From assembly GCF_000015225.1 (NCBI RefSeq), contig NC_008698.1, forward strand, positions 1,020,001 to 1,052,000: a stretch of 32,000 bases of DNA, written 5' to 3'. The DNA comes from Thermofilum pendens Hrk 5 (GTDB lineage: Archaea > Thermoproteota > Thermoprotei > Thermofilales > Thermofilaceae). Positions 1-8,511 of this stretch are shown piece after piece; within the stretch, counting starts at the first letter, position 1; every line of letters starts with the position of its first letter. Below the pieces are notes generated by a model. The model saw only the letters and a list, made by a program, of their open reading frames with translations. It had not been told where the DNA came from and did not search any database. The position numbers were made by a program, and so were the translations under genes.

Positions 1-273
1 GGCGCCATGAAGATGTACGTCAAGAAGGGCGAGAAGAAGGGCAGGCCGGGAGTGAACTACCAGCGGTGTATCTTCTGCGGCTTCTGCGTGGACATTTGCC
101 CCCAGGACGCCCTGGAGATGACGAAGGTCCACGATGTCGCTTTCTCCAGCTTGGAGGAGCTAGTCTTCCCGCCGGAAAAGCTGGCAGTCGAGGTGCAGTC
201 CCCCGCGCTTCTGAGGGGCGCCGTCAAGGTGAAGCCTGTTTTCGACGAGGAGAGGGGGTTGAGGCATGAGTAG
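1..273 (+). CDS. nuoI: NADH-quinone oxidoreductase subunit I (ferredoxin-type), 3' fragment; 5' end lies upstream of the window
   Basis: Frame open from nt 1. Contains the 4Fe-4S motif CIFCGFCVDICP. Lies directly upstream of nuoJ/K and overlaps nuoJ by 8 nt. Confidence 0.75.
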   Translation, partial: GAMKMYVKKGEKKGRPGVNYQRCIFCGFCVDICPQDALEMTKVHDVAFSSLEELVFPPEKLAVEVQSPALLRGAVKVKPVFDEERGLRHE

Positions 274-751
274 CCTGTTGCTCGTATACGTGTTGATCTC
301 GTGCGCCGTCGCGGTGGCGTCCTCCCTGCTCGCGGTGAAGGTGAAGGAGGACTTCTACGCCGCAGTACTGCTCGGCTTCGTTGGCCTCTCGGTAGCCTCG
401 CTGATAGCACTGCTCGGCTTTACCTACGTCGCCGTGTTCCACGCGCTAGTCTACGTCGGCGCCACGGTGCTCTTCGTGATAATGGGGGTGATATTCATAG
501 GCAGGGGGCTGGGCTACGAGAGGAGGATGCTCGCCGCCGGGGTGCTCACATCGGTGTTTGCAGGCTCCCTCTTCTACTACGCGCTCCAGAGCTCCGCGGC
601 CAGCGGGAGCCCCGCCCCCAGAGTCGGCGTCGACCTGCAACAGCTCTCCCAGGCAGTCCTGCAGAACCAGGTCGCCCTCGTCTTTCTGGTGTTCGCCCTC
701 GCCCTCCTCCTCGTCGCGGGTTTACCCGTTGCTAGGGGTGATGCTAGATGA
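266..751 (+). CDS. nuoJ: NADH-quinone oxidoreductase subunit J
   Basis: 161-aa polytopic membrane protein with a NuoJ-like core (FHALVYVGATVLFVIMGV). Position between nuoI and nuoK. ATGA overlap with the next gene. Confidence 0.75.
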   Translation: MSSLLLVYVLISCAVAVASSLLAVKVKEDFYAAVLLGFVGLSVASLIALLGFTYVAVFHALVYVGATVLFVIMGVIFIGRGLGYERRMLAAGVLTSVFAGSLFYYALQSSAASGSPAPRVGVDLQQLSQAVLQNQVALVFLVFALALLLVAGLPVARGDAR

Positions 752-1053
752 TTGAAGCCCTGTACGCCTACCTAGCGGCGTCCGCCGCCCTCTTCGGCAT
801 CGGAGCACTAGGGGCGGTTGTAAGCAGGAGCGTGGTGAAGGTGATGATATCCCTCGAGATAATGTTCAACGGGGTACTGCTAGCGTTGCTAACTCTAGCC
901 AGCATGGGCAACCCGCTCGTAGGCTATACTCTCTCCCTCTTCGCGATAGCTTTGAGCTCGGTCGAGGTGGGCTTACTCGTTTCTGTTTTCATCCTCCTCT
1001 ACAGGAGGACTAGAAGTTTGGACGTTTATGAGATTCCCGGTTTAGGTGAGTAG
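748..1053 (+). CDS. nuoK: NADH-quinone oxidoreductase subunit K
   Basis: 101 aa, 3 predicted TM segments, NuoK-like SLEIMFNGVLLALL motif. The start ATG overlaps the nuoJ stop (ATGA at 748-751). Confidence 0.8.
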   Translation: MIEALYAYLAASAALFGIGALGAVVSRSVVKVMISLEIMFNGVLLALLTLASMGNPLVGYTLSLFAIALSSVEVGLLVSVFILLYRRTRSLDVYEIPGLGE

Positions 1054-1054
1054 T

Positions 1055-2557
1055 ATGGGTGTACCGTACCTCTGGTTGGCGTTGCTGGTACCCTTAGCGG
1101 CGTCACTGGCCTCGCTGGCGTTAAAGAGCAGGAAAGCTCTAGCCGCGCTGAACTCCTCTGCCCTAGCGTTCTCGGCCGCCGTCCTCCTCCTACTCTACCT
1201 CACCAACGGCTCGAACAGGTGGTTCGACCCCCTCTCGTTCAAGCTGGGAAGCCTGGGGACTTTCTCGCTGGTTATGGACCCCATGGTATTCCTGGTAGCG
1301 TTCAGCGTGGCGGTTACAACCTCTGTCATCGCGCTCTACAGCTCCCCCTACATGGAGCATAGATTCGAGGAGCTTGAACGCGAAGGGGTCTCGGCGCCCG
1401 GGTGGGGGGCCTACTACTTCCTCTACACGCTCTTTGCCCTCTCGATGATGGGCACCGTCATGTCCACGAACATAATTGAGTTCTACGTGTTCCTCGAGCT
1501 AACGCTCATCCCCAGCTTCCTGCTGATAGCCTTCTACGGCTACGGCGAGAGGCTGAAGATAGCCATAATGTACCTCATCTGGACCCACGTGGGCGCCCTC
1601 CTCTTCCTCATAGGTGCGCTGACCGTGGGCTCCAAGGTGGGCTTCGACTTCGTAGATCCCGAGAAGGGCTTCCTCCTGGGGCTGGGCGAAGGCGTGGGCG
1701 TGCTCGCCTTCTGGCTTATGGTGGTAGGGCTCTCGGTGAAGCTAGCGGCGGCGGGCCTGCACATGTGGCTCCCCTACGCCCACGCTGAGGCCCCCACGCC
1801 CATCTCGGCGCTCCTAAGCCCGAACCTCATCGGGCTGGGAGGAGCGATGATGTTCCGCGTCGTCTACGTGCTTTTCCCGAAAACCTTCGCCGCCGCCTCG
1901 CCGGTACTGATGGCGTGGGCCCTCGTAACGATGATCTACGGCGGGCTTATGGCGCTGAGCCAGTCCGATTTCAAGAGGCTCCTCGCGTACAGTAGCATCA
2001 GCCAGATGGGCTACCTCCTGCTGGGGCTCGCCTCGGTCGACGTGTACGGCGTCGCCGGGACGTTCCTGCACTACATGGTGCACGCCTTCGGCAAGGCTAT
2101 ACTCTTCGCCGTGGCGGGCATACTGATAGCCACGTACCACGGCCTGCGGGACATAACGAGGATGGGAGGCCTCGCCTCGAAGATGCCCTACACGGCCTCG
2201 CTGGCGCTCATCGGCTTCATGCACATCACGGGTATACCTCCAACCCTGGGCATCTGGAGCGAGTACCTGATACTAAGAGGAGCCGTCGCGCACGCCCTAG
2301 CCCTTGGAGCCCCCTCGTACGTGCTCCTGGCGGCGGCCCTTCTCGTGGGTATAGGGCTCTCGACAGCCTACTCCTTCCTGACGATGAGGAGGGTGTTCTA
2401 CGGGCCCCTAAAGGTACCTGAGGCGCGTGAGGCCGGTAAAGCCCTCTGGGCGCCGCTCCTAGCCTTCGCAGTGCTGGGCGTGCTGTTCTTCGTGTGCGCC
2501 TCCCTGCTCATAGACCCGCTGGTCTCGTCGCTCGGAGGGCTCGGGCTGGGTGGTTGA
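1055..2557 (+). CDS. nuoM: NADH-quinone oxidoreductase subunit M (antiporter-like)
   Basis: Motif WLPYAHAEAPTPISALLS plus an Mrp/NuoM-type polytopic profile. ATG 1055 is preferred over the ORF-track GTG 1046 because AGGTGA (1044-1049) lies 5 nt upstream and 1055 follows the nuoK stop. Confidence 0.85.
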   Translation: MGVPYLWLALLVPLAASLASLALKSRKALAALNSSALAFSAAVLLLLYLTNGSNRWFDPLSFKLGSLGTFSLVMDPMVFLVAFSVAVTTSVIALYSSPYMEHRFEELEREGVSAPGWGAYYFLYTLFALSMMGTVMSTNIIEFYVFLELTLIPSFLLIAFYGYGERLKIAIMYLIWTHVGALLFLIGALTVGSKVGFDFVDPEKGFLLGLGEGVGVLAFWLMVVGLSVKLAAAGLHMWLPYAHAEAPTPISALLSPNLIGLGGAMMFRVVYVLFPKTFAAASPVLMAWALVTMIYGGLMALSQSDFKRLLAYSSISQMGYLLLGLASVDVYGVAGTFLHYMVHAFGKAILFAVAGILIATYHGLRDITRMGGLASKMPYTASLALIGFMHITGIPPTLGIWSEYLILRGAVAHALALGAPSYVLLAAALLVGIGLSTAYSFLTMRRVFYGPLKVPEAREAGKALWAPLLAFAVLGVLFFVCASLLIDPLVSSLGGLGLGG

Positions 2558-2559
2558 AA

Positions 2560-4635
2560 GTGAGAGAAGCCTTACTGCTCGCCTGGCTCTCACCCTATGT
2601 TGGGACCCTGGCGGTCCTGCTCGCCAACAGGTACTCGTGGAGGGTTAAGTCCGCGATATCCATACTCTCCATACTGGTCTCGGCCTTAACGTCCACGTAT
2701 GCCGCCGCGGAGTTCCTGTCCTCGAAGGAGCCCATACACCTGCAGTACACGTGGGTCGGCTCCCTAGGCGTGACCGTGGGGGTCTTCTTCGACGGGCTCT
2801 CGACGCTCATGGCCCTCGTCGTGTCCTGGCTCTGCTTCCTGATCGCCGTTTACAGCTACGAGTACATGAGAGGGGAGGTCGGCGAGACGCGGTACTGGCT
2901 GTTCTTCACGTTCTTCGTGGGGAGCATGATGCTACTCGTGCTCTCCGACAACCTGGTATCCCTCTTCGTAGGATGGGAGGGCACCGGCCTCGCGAGCTAC
3001 GCGCTCATAGGGCACTGGTTCACAGACGAGGAGGAGCGCATGGTGGGCGACTACGGTAGGAGGGCCCTGGGCGTACCGATGTGGTCCGAGCCAAGCCACT
3101 CCGGGCTGAGGGCCATAGTCTTCACGAGGCTCGGAGACGTCGGAATGGTTGTAGGCATAGCCACGCTACACACGTTGCTAGGCACGACGCTGATACCGGC
3201 GGTGGCGCAGGCCTCGTGGGCCTCCGAGCTCTTCGCCAGGGGCGTGCTACCGGCGTTCCTGTGGCTCCTGTTCCTGGGGGCCCTCGCGAAGAGCGCGCAG
3301 TTCCCGTTCCACGAGTGGCTCGTGACGGCGATGACGGGCCCGACCTCTGTGAGCGCGTTGATACACGCAGCCACGATGGTAAAGGCGGGGGTCTACTTCG
3401 CCCTGAGGTTTGCGCCCATACTCGTAGCCGCCTATCTAGCCCTGGAGCCCGTAGGGGGCTCCGCGGTGGTGCAGGGGTTCCTCGGAGGCCTAGCCTTGCT
3501 GGGCGCGTTCACCGCGTTCATGATGGCCACGATGGCCGTTGTAAGCAGGGAGCTTAAACTCGTACTAGCCTTCTCGACTGCCAGCCAGCTCGGCTACATG
3601 TTCCTGGGCGTGGCGGCGGGTACGCTGGCCGCGGGCGCGGTCGGCGGGCTCTACGCGGGCTTCTCGCATCTCATGAGCCACGCTGTCTTCAAGGCTTCCC
3701 TGTTCCTGGCGGCAGGCGCCGTGATACACGCCGTTCACTCGAGGTTCATCGACGACATGGGCGGGCTCTCGAAGGACATGCCGCTGACAGCCGCCGCCTT
3801 CCTGCTCGCCGCCCTCAGCCTAGCCGGAGTCCCTCCGTTCGCGGGGTTCTGGACAAAGGACGAGGTGATACACGCGTCTATAGAGGCGGGGCTCGCCCTG
3901 CCGGCAACGCTGGCCGTAGTCACCGCCGCCCTCACGGCGGCCTATACCGCGAGGGTTTTCTCGAGGGTTTTCCTCGGCAAAGCCCACCACGAGGGACACG
4001 AGCCGGGGGTGTTCATGGTGGCTCCCTACCTGTTGCTCGGGCTCGCGAGCCTCGGCCTCGGGCTGGCTTGGCCCTACGCTTCGAGGGGCATCGAGGAGGC
4101 GTTATCCCACAGCGTTGGCGGCGAGCTGAGCCTTCACACCGCGGAGGCCAAAGGAGCCGGCTGGGTGCTTGAAGCCACGGTAACGCTGGTACTGGTTGTC
4201 TTCGCGGCAACTCTGTACCTCTACGCCGCGAGGGGAGTAACCCCCTACCAGGACGTAAAGGGCACTGTGCTCGAAAAGGTGCACGCATTCCTGTACGACC
4301 GCTGGTACCTGAACGCGGTTTACTACAGGGTCGTCGTGGGAGGCTTCCGGCGTGCGTCGTCCTCCGCGAGCAAGTACGTGGACGGCCTGCTCGTGGACGG
4401 CTTCTACCACAAAGCCCTGCCTAGGCTCTTCCAGGGCCTGGTGTTCATCAGCTCCAGGTACGTCGAGTCGAACTGGGACAAGGCTCTGCACGTCCACCTC
4501 GTCGACGCGTTCAGAGGCCTGTGGGCGTCTTTCAGGAGGATGCAGACAGGCAAGGCTCCAACGTACCTCGTGTACCTCTGGGTAGGGCTCGCCGCCCTCA
4601 TACTCGCTCTCGCGATTGCGGGGTGGTTGCCGTGA
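2560..4635 (+). CDS. nuoL: NADH-quinone oxidoreductase subunit L (antiporter-like, long C-terminal extension)
   Basis: Motif FPFHEWLVTAMTGPTSVSALIHAATMVKAGVY is typical of NuoL. GTG 2560 lies 2 nt after the nuoM stop. The ORF-track start at 2494 would overlap nuoM by 64 nt. Confidence 0.85.
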   Translation: MREALLLAWLSPYVGTLAVLLANRYSWRVKSAISILSILVSALTSTYAAAEFLSSKEPIHLQYTWVGSLGVTVGVFFDGLSTLMALVVSWLCFLIAVYSYEYMRGEVGETRYWLFFTFFVGSMMLLVLSDNLVSLFVGWEGTGLASYALIGHWFTDEEERMVGDYGRRALGVPMWSEPSHSGLRAIVFTRLGDVGMVVGIATLHTLLGTTLIPAVAQASWASELFARGVLPAFLWLLFLGALAKSAQFPFHEWLVTAMTGPTSVSALIHAATMVKAGVYFALRFAPILVAAYLALEPVGGSAVVQGFLGGLALLGAFTAFMMATMAVVSRELKLVLAFSTASQLGYMFLGVAAGTLAAGAVGGLYAGFSHLMSHAVFKASLFLAAGAVIHAVHSRFIDDMGGLSKDMPLTAAAFLLAALSLAGVPPFAGFWTKDEVIHASIEAGLALPATLAVVTAALTAAYTARVFSRVFLGKAHHEGHEPGVFMVAPYLLLGLASLGLGLAWPYASRGIEEALSHSVGGELSLHTAEAKGAGWVLEATVTLVLVVFAATLYLYAARGVTPYQDVKGTVLEKVHAFLYDRWYLNAVYYRVVVGGFRRASSSASKYVDGLLVDGFYHKALPRLFQGLVFISSRYVESNWDKALHVHLVDAFRGLWASFRRMQTGKAPTYLVYLWVGLAALILALAIAGWLP

Positions 4636-6002
4636 ACCCTGCGCAGACGGTAACAGCGGCGACGGGGTTGCTGGCCGCCGTAGCCGCTCTCTCGCCGTAC
4701 TTCAAGGGGAAGACTAGGCAGTTGCTCGCCTTAACTCTGCTCGACGTCGCGCTCGCCGCTCTCGCAGAGCTCCACGTGATCTTCTCGGGCGGCCTAAGTC
4801 AGGGGGAGCTCCTAGCGGATAGGTACGCCGCGTTGCTGGCGCTGGTATTCCTCCTCGACCTCTCGATAGTCCTTCTGGGATCGTCGTCCACGGTAGCCCA
4901 GTACGAGGAAGGCAACGCGCTGATCGGAGCGGTAGCGCTGGCGGCCGCCGGGCTCCTCGGGATTAGCGTCTCGGGCACGGTGCCGCTCCTCCTCGTATCG
5001 TGGGTCCTCGTGTCAGCCGCTAGCTACGCGTCCATAGCCCTGCCCAGGGACAAGTACTCCGCCTCCGGCGCCTCCAAGTACGGCCTGATGAGCCTCGCCT
5101 CGTCCATGCTGCTCCTAACGGCCCTCGGCCTCGCATCGTTCAACAGCCCGTCCCTAAGCCTACCGAGCGTGGTTCCCGCCGGGCGCGAGGTGGCGGCCCT
5201 CGCCCTAGCGTTCACCGTGGCATCGGTTGGCTTCAAGGCGGGCGCCTTCCCCTTCCACGCGTGGCTGCCGGACACGTACGGGGTATCCGACCCCTACCCC
5301 GTCTCGATCGTGGCTCCCCTATCCAAGGGCGCCGTGCTACTAGCGTTCTATAAGGTCTCTGCCATCCTGGCCCCCGAGGCGCGCCAAGAGTGGCTTTGGA
5401 TCGTGGGGCTGATAGCGCTACTCACGATGACTTACGGCAACATAACGGCGCTCCTCCAGAGGGGGTTCCAGGGGCTACTCGCCTACAGCAGCATCGCGCA
5501 CGCAGGCTACCTCCTCGTCGGAGTAGCCGCGCTATCCTCGCAGCAAGCCGCGCCGACAGCTCTCTACGGCCTCGTGTTACAGCTAGCCGCGTACTCCTTC
5601 GCCAAGACGGGGCTATTCCTACTGGCACGGCTGGCGAGAGCCCGGGAAGGCCCCCCAGTCGCGCTCGACGACCTCAGAGGCTTATCCACCGTCGATAAGC
5701 CCCTAGCGGCGTCCGCGACGATACTAGTCCTAAGCCTCATGGGGATGCCGCCGCTCGCCGGCTTCTGGGGCAAGCTGTTCATCTTTCTCGCGGCCGTAGG
5801 CCCGGCGCCCTGGCTCACCGCGGTTGCGCTGATAAACACGGGTATAGCCGCCGCCTACTACGCGAGGATAATAAAGGCGGTGTACTTCGAGCCGGGGAAG
5901 CCCCACCTCTACGCGGACAGGGGCCTGAAAGTCGTCATCGTGGTCACCGCGGCCGCGAGCCTCCTCGCGGGTCTTGTCCCTCTAGTGCTCCCCCCAGCCT
6001 GA
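4632..6002 (+). CDS. nuoN: NADH-quinone oxidoreductase subunit N (antiporter-like)
   Basis: Motif FPFHAWLPDTYGVSDPYPVSIVAPLSKGAVL. GTG 4632 forms a GTGA overlap with the nuoL stop. The Arg-rich N-terminal extension from 4521 looks non-coding in that frame. Confidence 0.85.
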   Translation: MNPAQTVTAATGLLAAVAALSPYFKGKTRQLLALTLLDVALAALAELHVIFSGGLSQGELLADRYAALLALVFLLDLSIVLLGSSSTVAQYEEGNALIGAVALAAAGLLGISVSGTVPLLLVSWVLVSAASYASIALPRDKYSASGASKYGLMSLASSMLLLTALGLASFNSPSLSLPSVVPAGREVAALALAFTVASVGFKAGAFPFHAWLPDTYGVSDPYPVSIVAPLSKGAVLLAFYKVSAILAPEARQEWLWIVGLIALLTMTYGNITALLQRGFQGLLAYSSIAHAGYLLVGVAALSSQQAAPTALYGLVLQLAAYSFAKTGLFLLARLARAREGPPVALDDLRGLSTVDKPLAASATILVLSLMGMPPLAGFWGKLFIFLAAVGPAPWLTAVALINTGIAAAYYARIIKAVYFEPGKPHLYADRGLKVVIVVTAAASLLAGLVPLVLPPA

Positions 6003-6017
6003 ACCCCTAAACCTGTA

Positions 6018-6023
6018 TTTTTT
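6018..6023 (+). terminator. Oligo-T tract downstream of nuoN (archaeal-type terminator candidate)
   Basis: T6 run 16 nt after the nuoN stop, with a second T5 run at 6052-6056. Confidence 0.4.
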
Positions 6024-6076
6024 ACGACTTCCCTTCGGATAACCCTGAAAATTTTTCCTCCATCTTCGAGTAAGCG

Positions 6077-6084
6077 TTAAAAAG
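6077..6084 (+). promoter_or_regulatory. TATA-like box for the glutamine synthetase gene
   Basis: TTAAAAAG centred about 25 nt upstream of ATG 6105, implying a leaderless or short-leader mRNA. Confidence 0.4.
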
Positions 6085-6104
6085 GCGTAGAGGAGCTTCC
6101 CTCT

Positions 6105-7382
6105 ATGCAGGGAGAAGACTTCGAAAGGGCTTTCAAGCAGCTCCGCGACAAGGGCGTAAAGTTCTTCGAGGTTGTATTCCAGGATCTCGGAGGAGTTCTA
6201 CGGGGCAGGGTTCTAAAGCCGGAGAAGCCCGACGACGTTGCGCGCGGCTTCAGGATAGACGCGTTCAGCACGGGTTTCAGCGGCGTCGAGGACTCCGACG
6301 CAACGTTGCTACCGGACCTCTCCACGCTGAGAGTATACGAGTCCTCGATAGGTAGGACAGGCTTCCTCATAGGGGACCTCTACCGCGGGGGCAAGCCCAT
6401 GGAGACGTACCCGAGGAACCTGCTGAAGAAGTGGGAGGCGGAGTCCAGGTACAAGGTCCTGCTGGGGGCGGAGCTCGAGTTCTACCTGGCGAGGGACTAC
6501 AAGCCAGTGGACAACGGCGGCTACATGTACGTCTCCCCCTACTCGACCGTGTACCCCGTGATCGCAGAGATAGTCACGAAAGCGGAGGAAGCGGGGCTAG
6601 CGCTGAAAGCCGCGCACCACGAGGTAGGCCCCGGGCAGTACGAGGTGTTACCGACGCCCATGAGCCCCCTAGCCCTCTCCGACGCCATAGTCTTCCTGAA
6701 GAAGCTCATATGGGAGGCTGCGAGCGCGAGAGGCCTCCAGGCCACCTTTATGCCTAAGCCCTTCAACGGTTTGCCGGGCAACGGGCTCCACGTGCACATC
6801 TCGGTGCACGACGGCGACAGGAACGTCCTCTTCGAGGACGGCGAGCTGACCGAGGAGGGCCGCTCCGTGATCGGAGGGCTACTGGCTTACACCGTCCCGC
6901 TTATACTGTTCACGAACCCCACTATTAACTCCTACAAGAGGCTCGTACCCGGCTTCGAAGCCCCGATCTACCTAACCTGGGGGAGGGGGAACAGGTCCAC
7001 GATGATCCGGGTCCCGATGGGGCTTAGAGGCGCCTCGGGCGTCGTGGAGTACAGGCTACCGGACTCCTCCGGGAACGTGTACCTGAAGGCCCTCGCGGTC
7101 CTATACTCGGCGGAGAGGGGGCTGAGGGAGAGGGTAGACCCCGGGCCGGAGTGCAGGGTTAACGCCTTCCTCGCAGACGGGTACCCGCGCATACCGGGGA
7201 CTCTCGGAGAAGCACTCGAGAAATCCCTGGAGTCTATCGGCAAGGCCCCGGAGCTAAGGGACCTGCTATCCAAGGTGGCCGAGCTCGAGAAAGGGGAGTG
7301 GCGCCGCTACTTGGAGGAGGCGGGCTCCCCAGAGGCCTCCGAAGTCACGGAGTGGGAGGTGAAGAGGTACTTCCTGGGCTGA
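6105..7382 (+). CDS. glnA: Glutamine synthetase (GlnA family, 425 aa)
   Basis: GS motifs seen by eye: GAELEFYL, HHEVGPGQYEV, ATFMPKPFNGLPGNGLHVHISV, NSYKRLVPGFEAP, GNRSTMIRVP, VEYRLPDSSGNVYL. Confidence 0.85.
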   Translation: MQGEDFERAFKQLRDKGVKFFEVVFQDLGGVLRGRVLKPEKPDDVARGFRIDAFSTGFSGVEDSDATLLPDLSTLRVYESSIGRTGFLIGDLYRGGKPMETYPRNLLKKWEAESRYKVLLGAELEFYLARDYKPVDNGGYMYVSPYSTVYPVIAEIVTKAEEAGLALKAAHHEVGPGQYEVLPTPMSPLALSDAIVFLKKLIWEAASARGLQATFMPKPFNGLPGNGLHVHISVHDGDRNVLFEDGELTEEGRSVIGGLLAYTVPLILFTNPTINSYKRLVPGFEAPIYLTWGRGNRSTMIRVPMGLRGASGVVEYRLPDSSGNVYLKALAVLYSAERGLRERVDPGPECRVNAFLADGYPRIPGTLGEALEKSLESIGKAPELRDLLSKVAELEKGEWRRYLEEAGSPEASEVTEWEVKRYFLG

Positions 7383-7424
7383 TACGCCCGGCTGGCGCGT
7401 GCGAGGTTTTCTTCGCCCAGCGCG

Positions 7425-8168
7425 CTACAGGGGCTTGAGGGACTCGAAGTACTTTTCTAGGTAGCGTTTGTTCGCCTCGTCGCCTCCCGGCACGTTCGCG
7501 CTCATCCAGACCTCGGGCTTCACCCCCGCCGAGAGGAGTTTCTGCACAGTCCTGGCTACGAGTAGCTGGAGTATGAAGGAGCACACGATCGTAGACACGG
7601 GCGCCACTTTTTGCTCGCACCCCTCTATCTTGAGGATCGCGTCGCCCTCGGGGACCTTGTTGTCTATAACGACGTCGGCTACCTCGTAGAGCCTCTTCCC
7701 GAGGGGGTTGCTCGGAGGCACCTTCCTGCTGTACTCCACGGAGGTTATAGCTATGACCTTGACTCCCCTGTTCCTCGCCTCTACCGCCATCTCGACGGGA
7801 ACAGCGTTCTTCCCGGAGTTGCTCACAATTATCAGCGAGGAGTTCGGCTTTATAGGCGTGGAGTCGAGGAGCGCCTTCGCGTAGCCGGGCAACCTCTCCA
7901 TGTACGTGCTCTTAAGCGCGCCGTTAAAGCCGGAGACGCTTAGGTCGAGGAGGGGGTAGACGCGTACAAGCCCTCCAGCCCTGTAGAACACCTCCATGGC
8001 CATCAGCATGGAGTGCCCGGTCCCGAACACGTAGATGAAGCCGCCGCTCTTCAAGGTATGGGCGAGGACCTCGGAAGCCTTTTCGAGGTTGAGCTTTTCC
8101 TCCCGGAGAATCCTGTCGAATATGCCTACAACGCCCCTGTAAAACTCGGTGTAGACGTCCTGCACCAT
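7425..8168 (-). CDS. SIS-domain protein of the UPF0309 family (putative sugar-phosphate isomerase/binding protein)
   Basis: 247 aa. Matches my recollection of UPF0309 proteins: GTGHS...[34 protein letters not shown] at the C-terminus. Divergent from the HPr gene. Confidence 0.7.
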   Translation of the reverse strand: MVQDVYTEFYRGVVGIFDRILREEKLNLEKASEVLAHTLKSGGFIYVFGTGHSMLMAMEVFYRAGGLVRVYPLLDLSVSGFNGALKSTYMERLPGYAKALLDSTPIKPNSSLIIVSNSGKNAVPVEMAVEARNRGVKVIAITSVEYSRKVPPSNPLGKRLYEVADVVIDNKVPEGDAILKIEGCEQKVAPVSTIVCSFILQLLVARTVQKLLSAGVKPEVWMSANVPGGDEANKRYLEKYFESLKPL

Positions 8169-8195
8169 TCGGTACCAAGCCTACATAGTACGGGT

Positions 8196-8207
8196 AAAGA
8201 TATAAAC
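8196..8207. promoter_or_regulatory. Single central AT-rich TATA-like element in the 67-nt divergent SIS/HPr intergenic region
   Basis: AAAGATATAAAC. Its centre (~8203) is essentially the midpoint between ATG 8168 (minus strand) and ATG 8236 (plus strand). Confidence 0.4.
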
Positions 8208-8235
8208 GTTCGCATTGTACCGCGTCCGAGGGCTT

Positions 8236-8508
8236 ATGAAGACCCTGAAGGTGAAGGTTTCCAATAGGAGCGGTCTGCACGCGAGGCCCGCGGCGGTCTT
8301 CGTTCAGACAGCCAGGAAGTTCAAGTCTAGGATAACTGTGAGGAAGCTGGACAAGGCGGCGGACTCCAAGAACATCCTACAGCTGCTCGCGCTGGGAGTG
8401 GACATGGGCGACGAGATAGAAATTGTGGCGGAGGGCCCCGACGAGGAGGAGGCCATAGCCGAGCTGGGAAAACTGCTCACAGAGGTTCTACCGTCCATAG
8501 ACAAGTAA
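8236..8508 (+). CDS. ptsH: PTS phosphocarrier protein HPr
   Basis: 90 aa from ATG 8236. Active-site context SGLHARPAAVFVQTA with His at position 15. Alignable along its whole length to bacterial HPr. Confidence 0.9.
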   Translation: MKTLKVKVSNRSGLHARPAAVFVQTARKFKSRITVRKLDKAADSKNILQLLALGVDMGDEIEIVAEGPDEEEAIAELGKLLTEVLPSIDK

Positions 8509-8511
8509 GAG

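Noticed and set aside
57-5839. Many 60-160-aa ORFs overlapping the nuo genes on both strands (e.g. 57-410, 301-735, 2751-3059, 3081-3557, 4013-4288, 5390-5698).
   Set aside because: Their translations are Arg/Pro/Gly/Ala-rich low-complexity strings, typical of off-frame reading of GC-rich coding DNA. Each lies entirely inside a well-supported membrane-subunit gene.
7383-7424. A possible hairpin terminator (GCGAGG-TTTT-CTTCGC) between the convergent glnA and SIS genes.
   Set aside because: The stem is only about 5 bp and contains a mismatch. The T4 run is short, and the evidence is insufficient to annotate.
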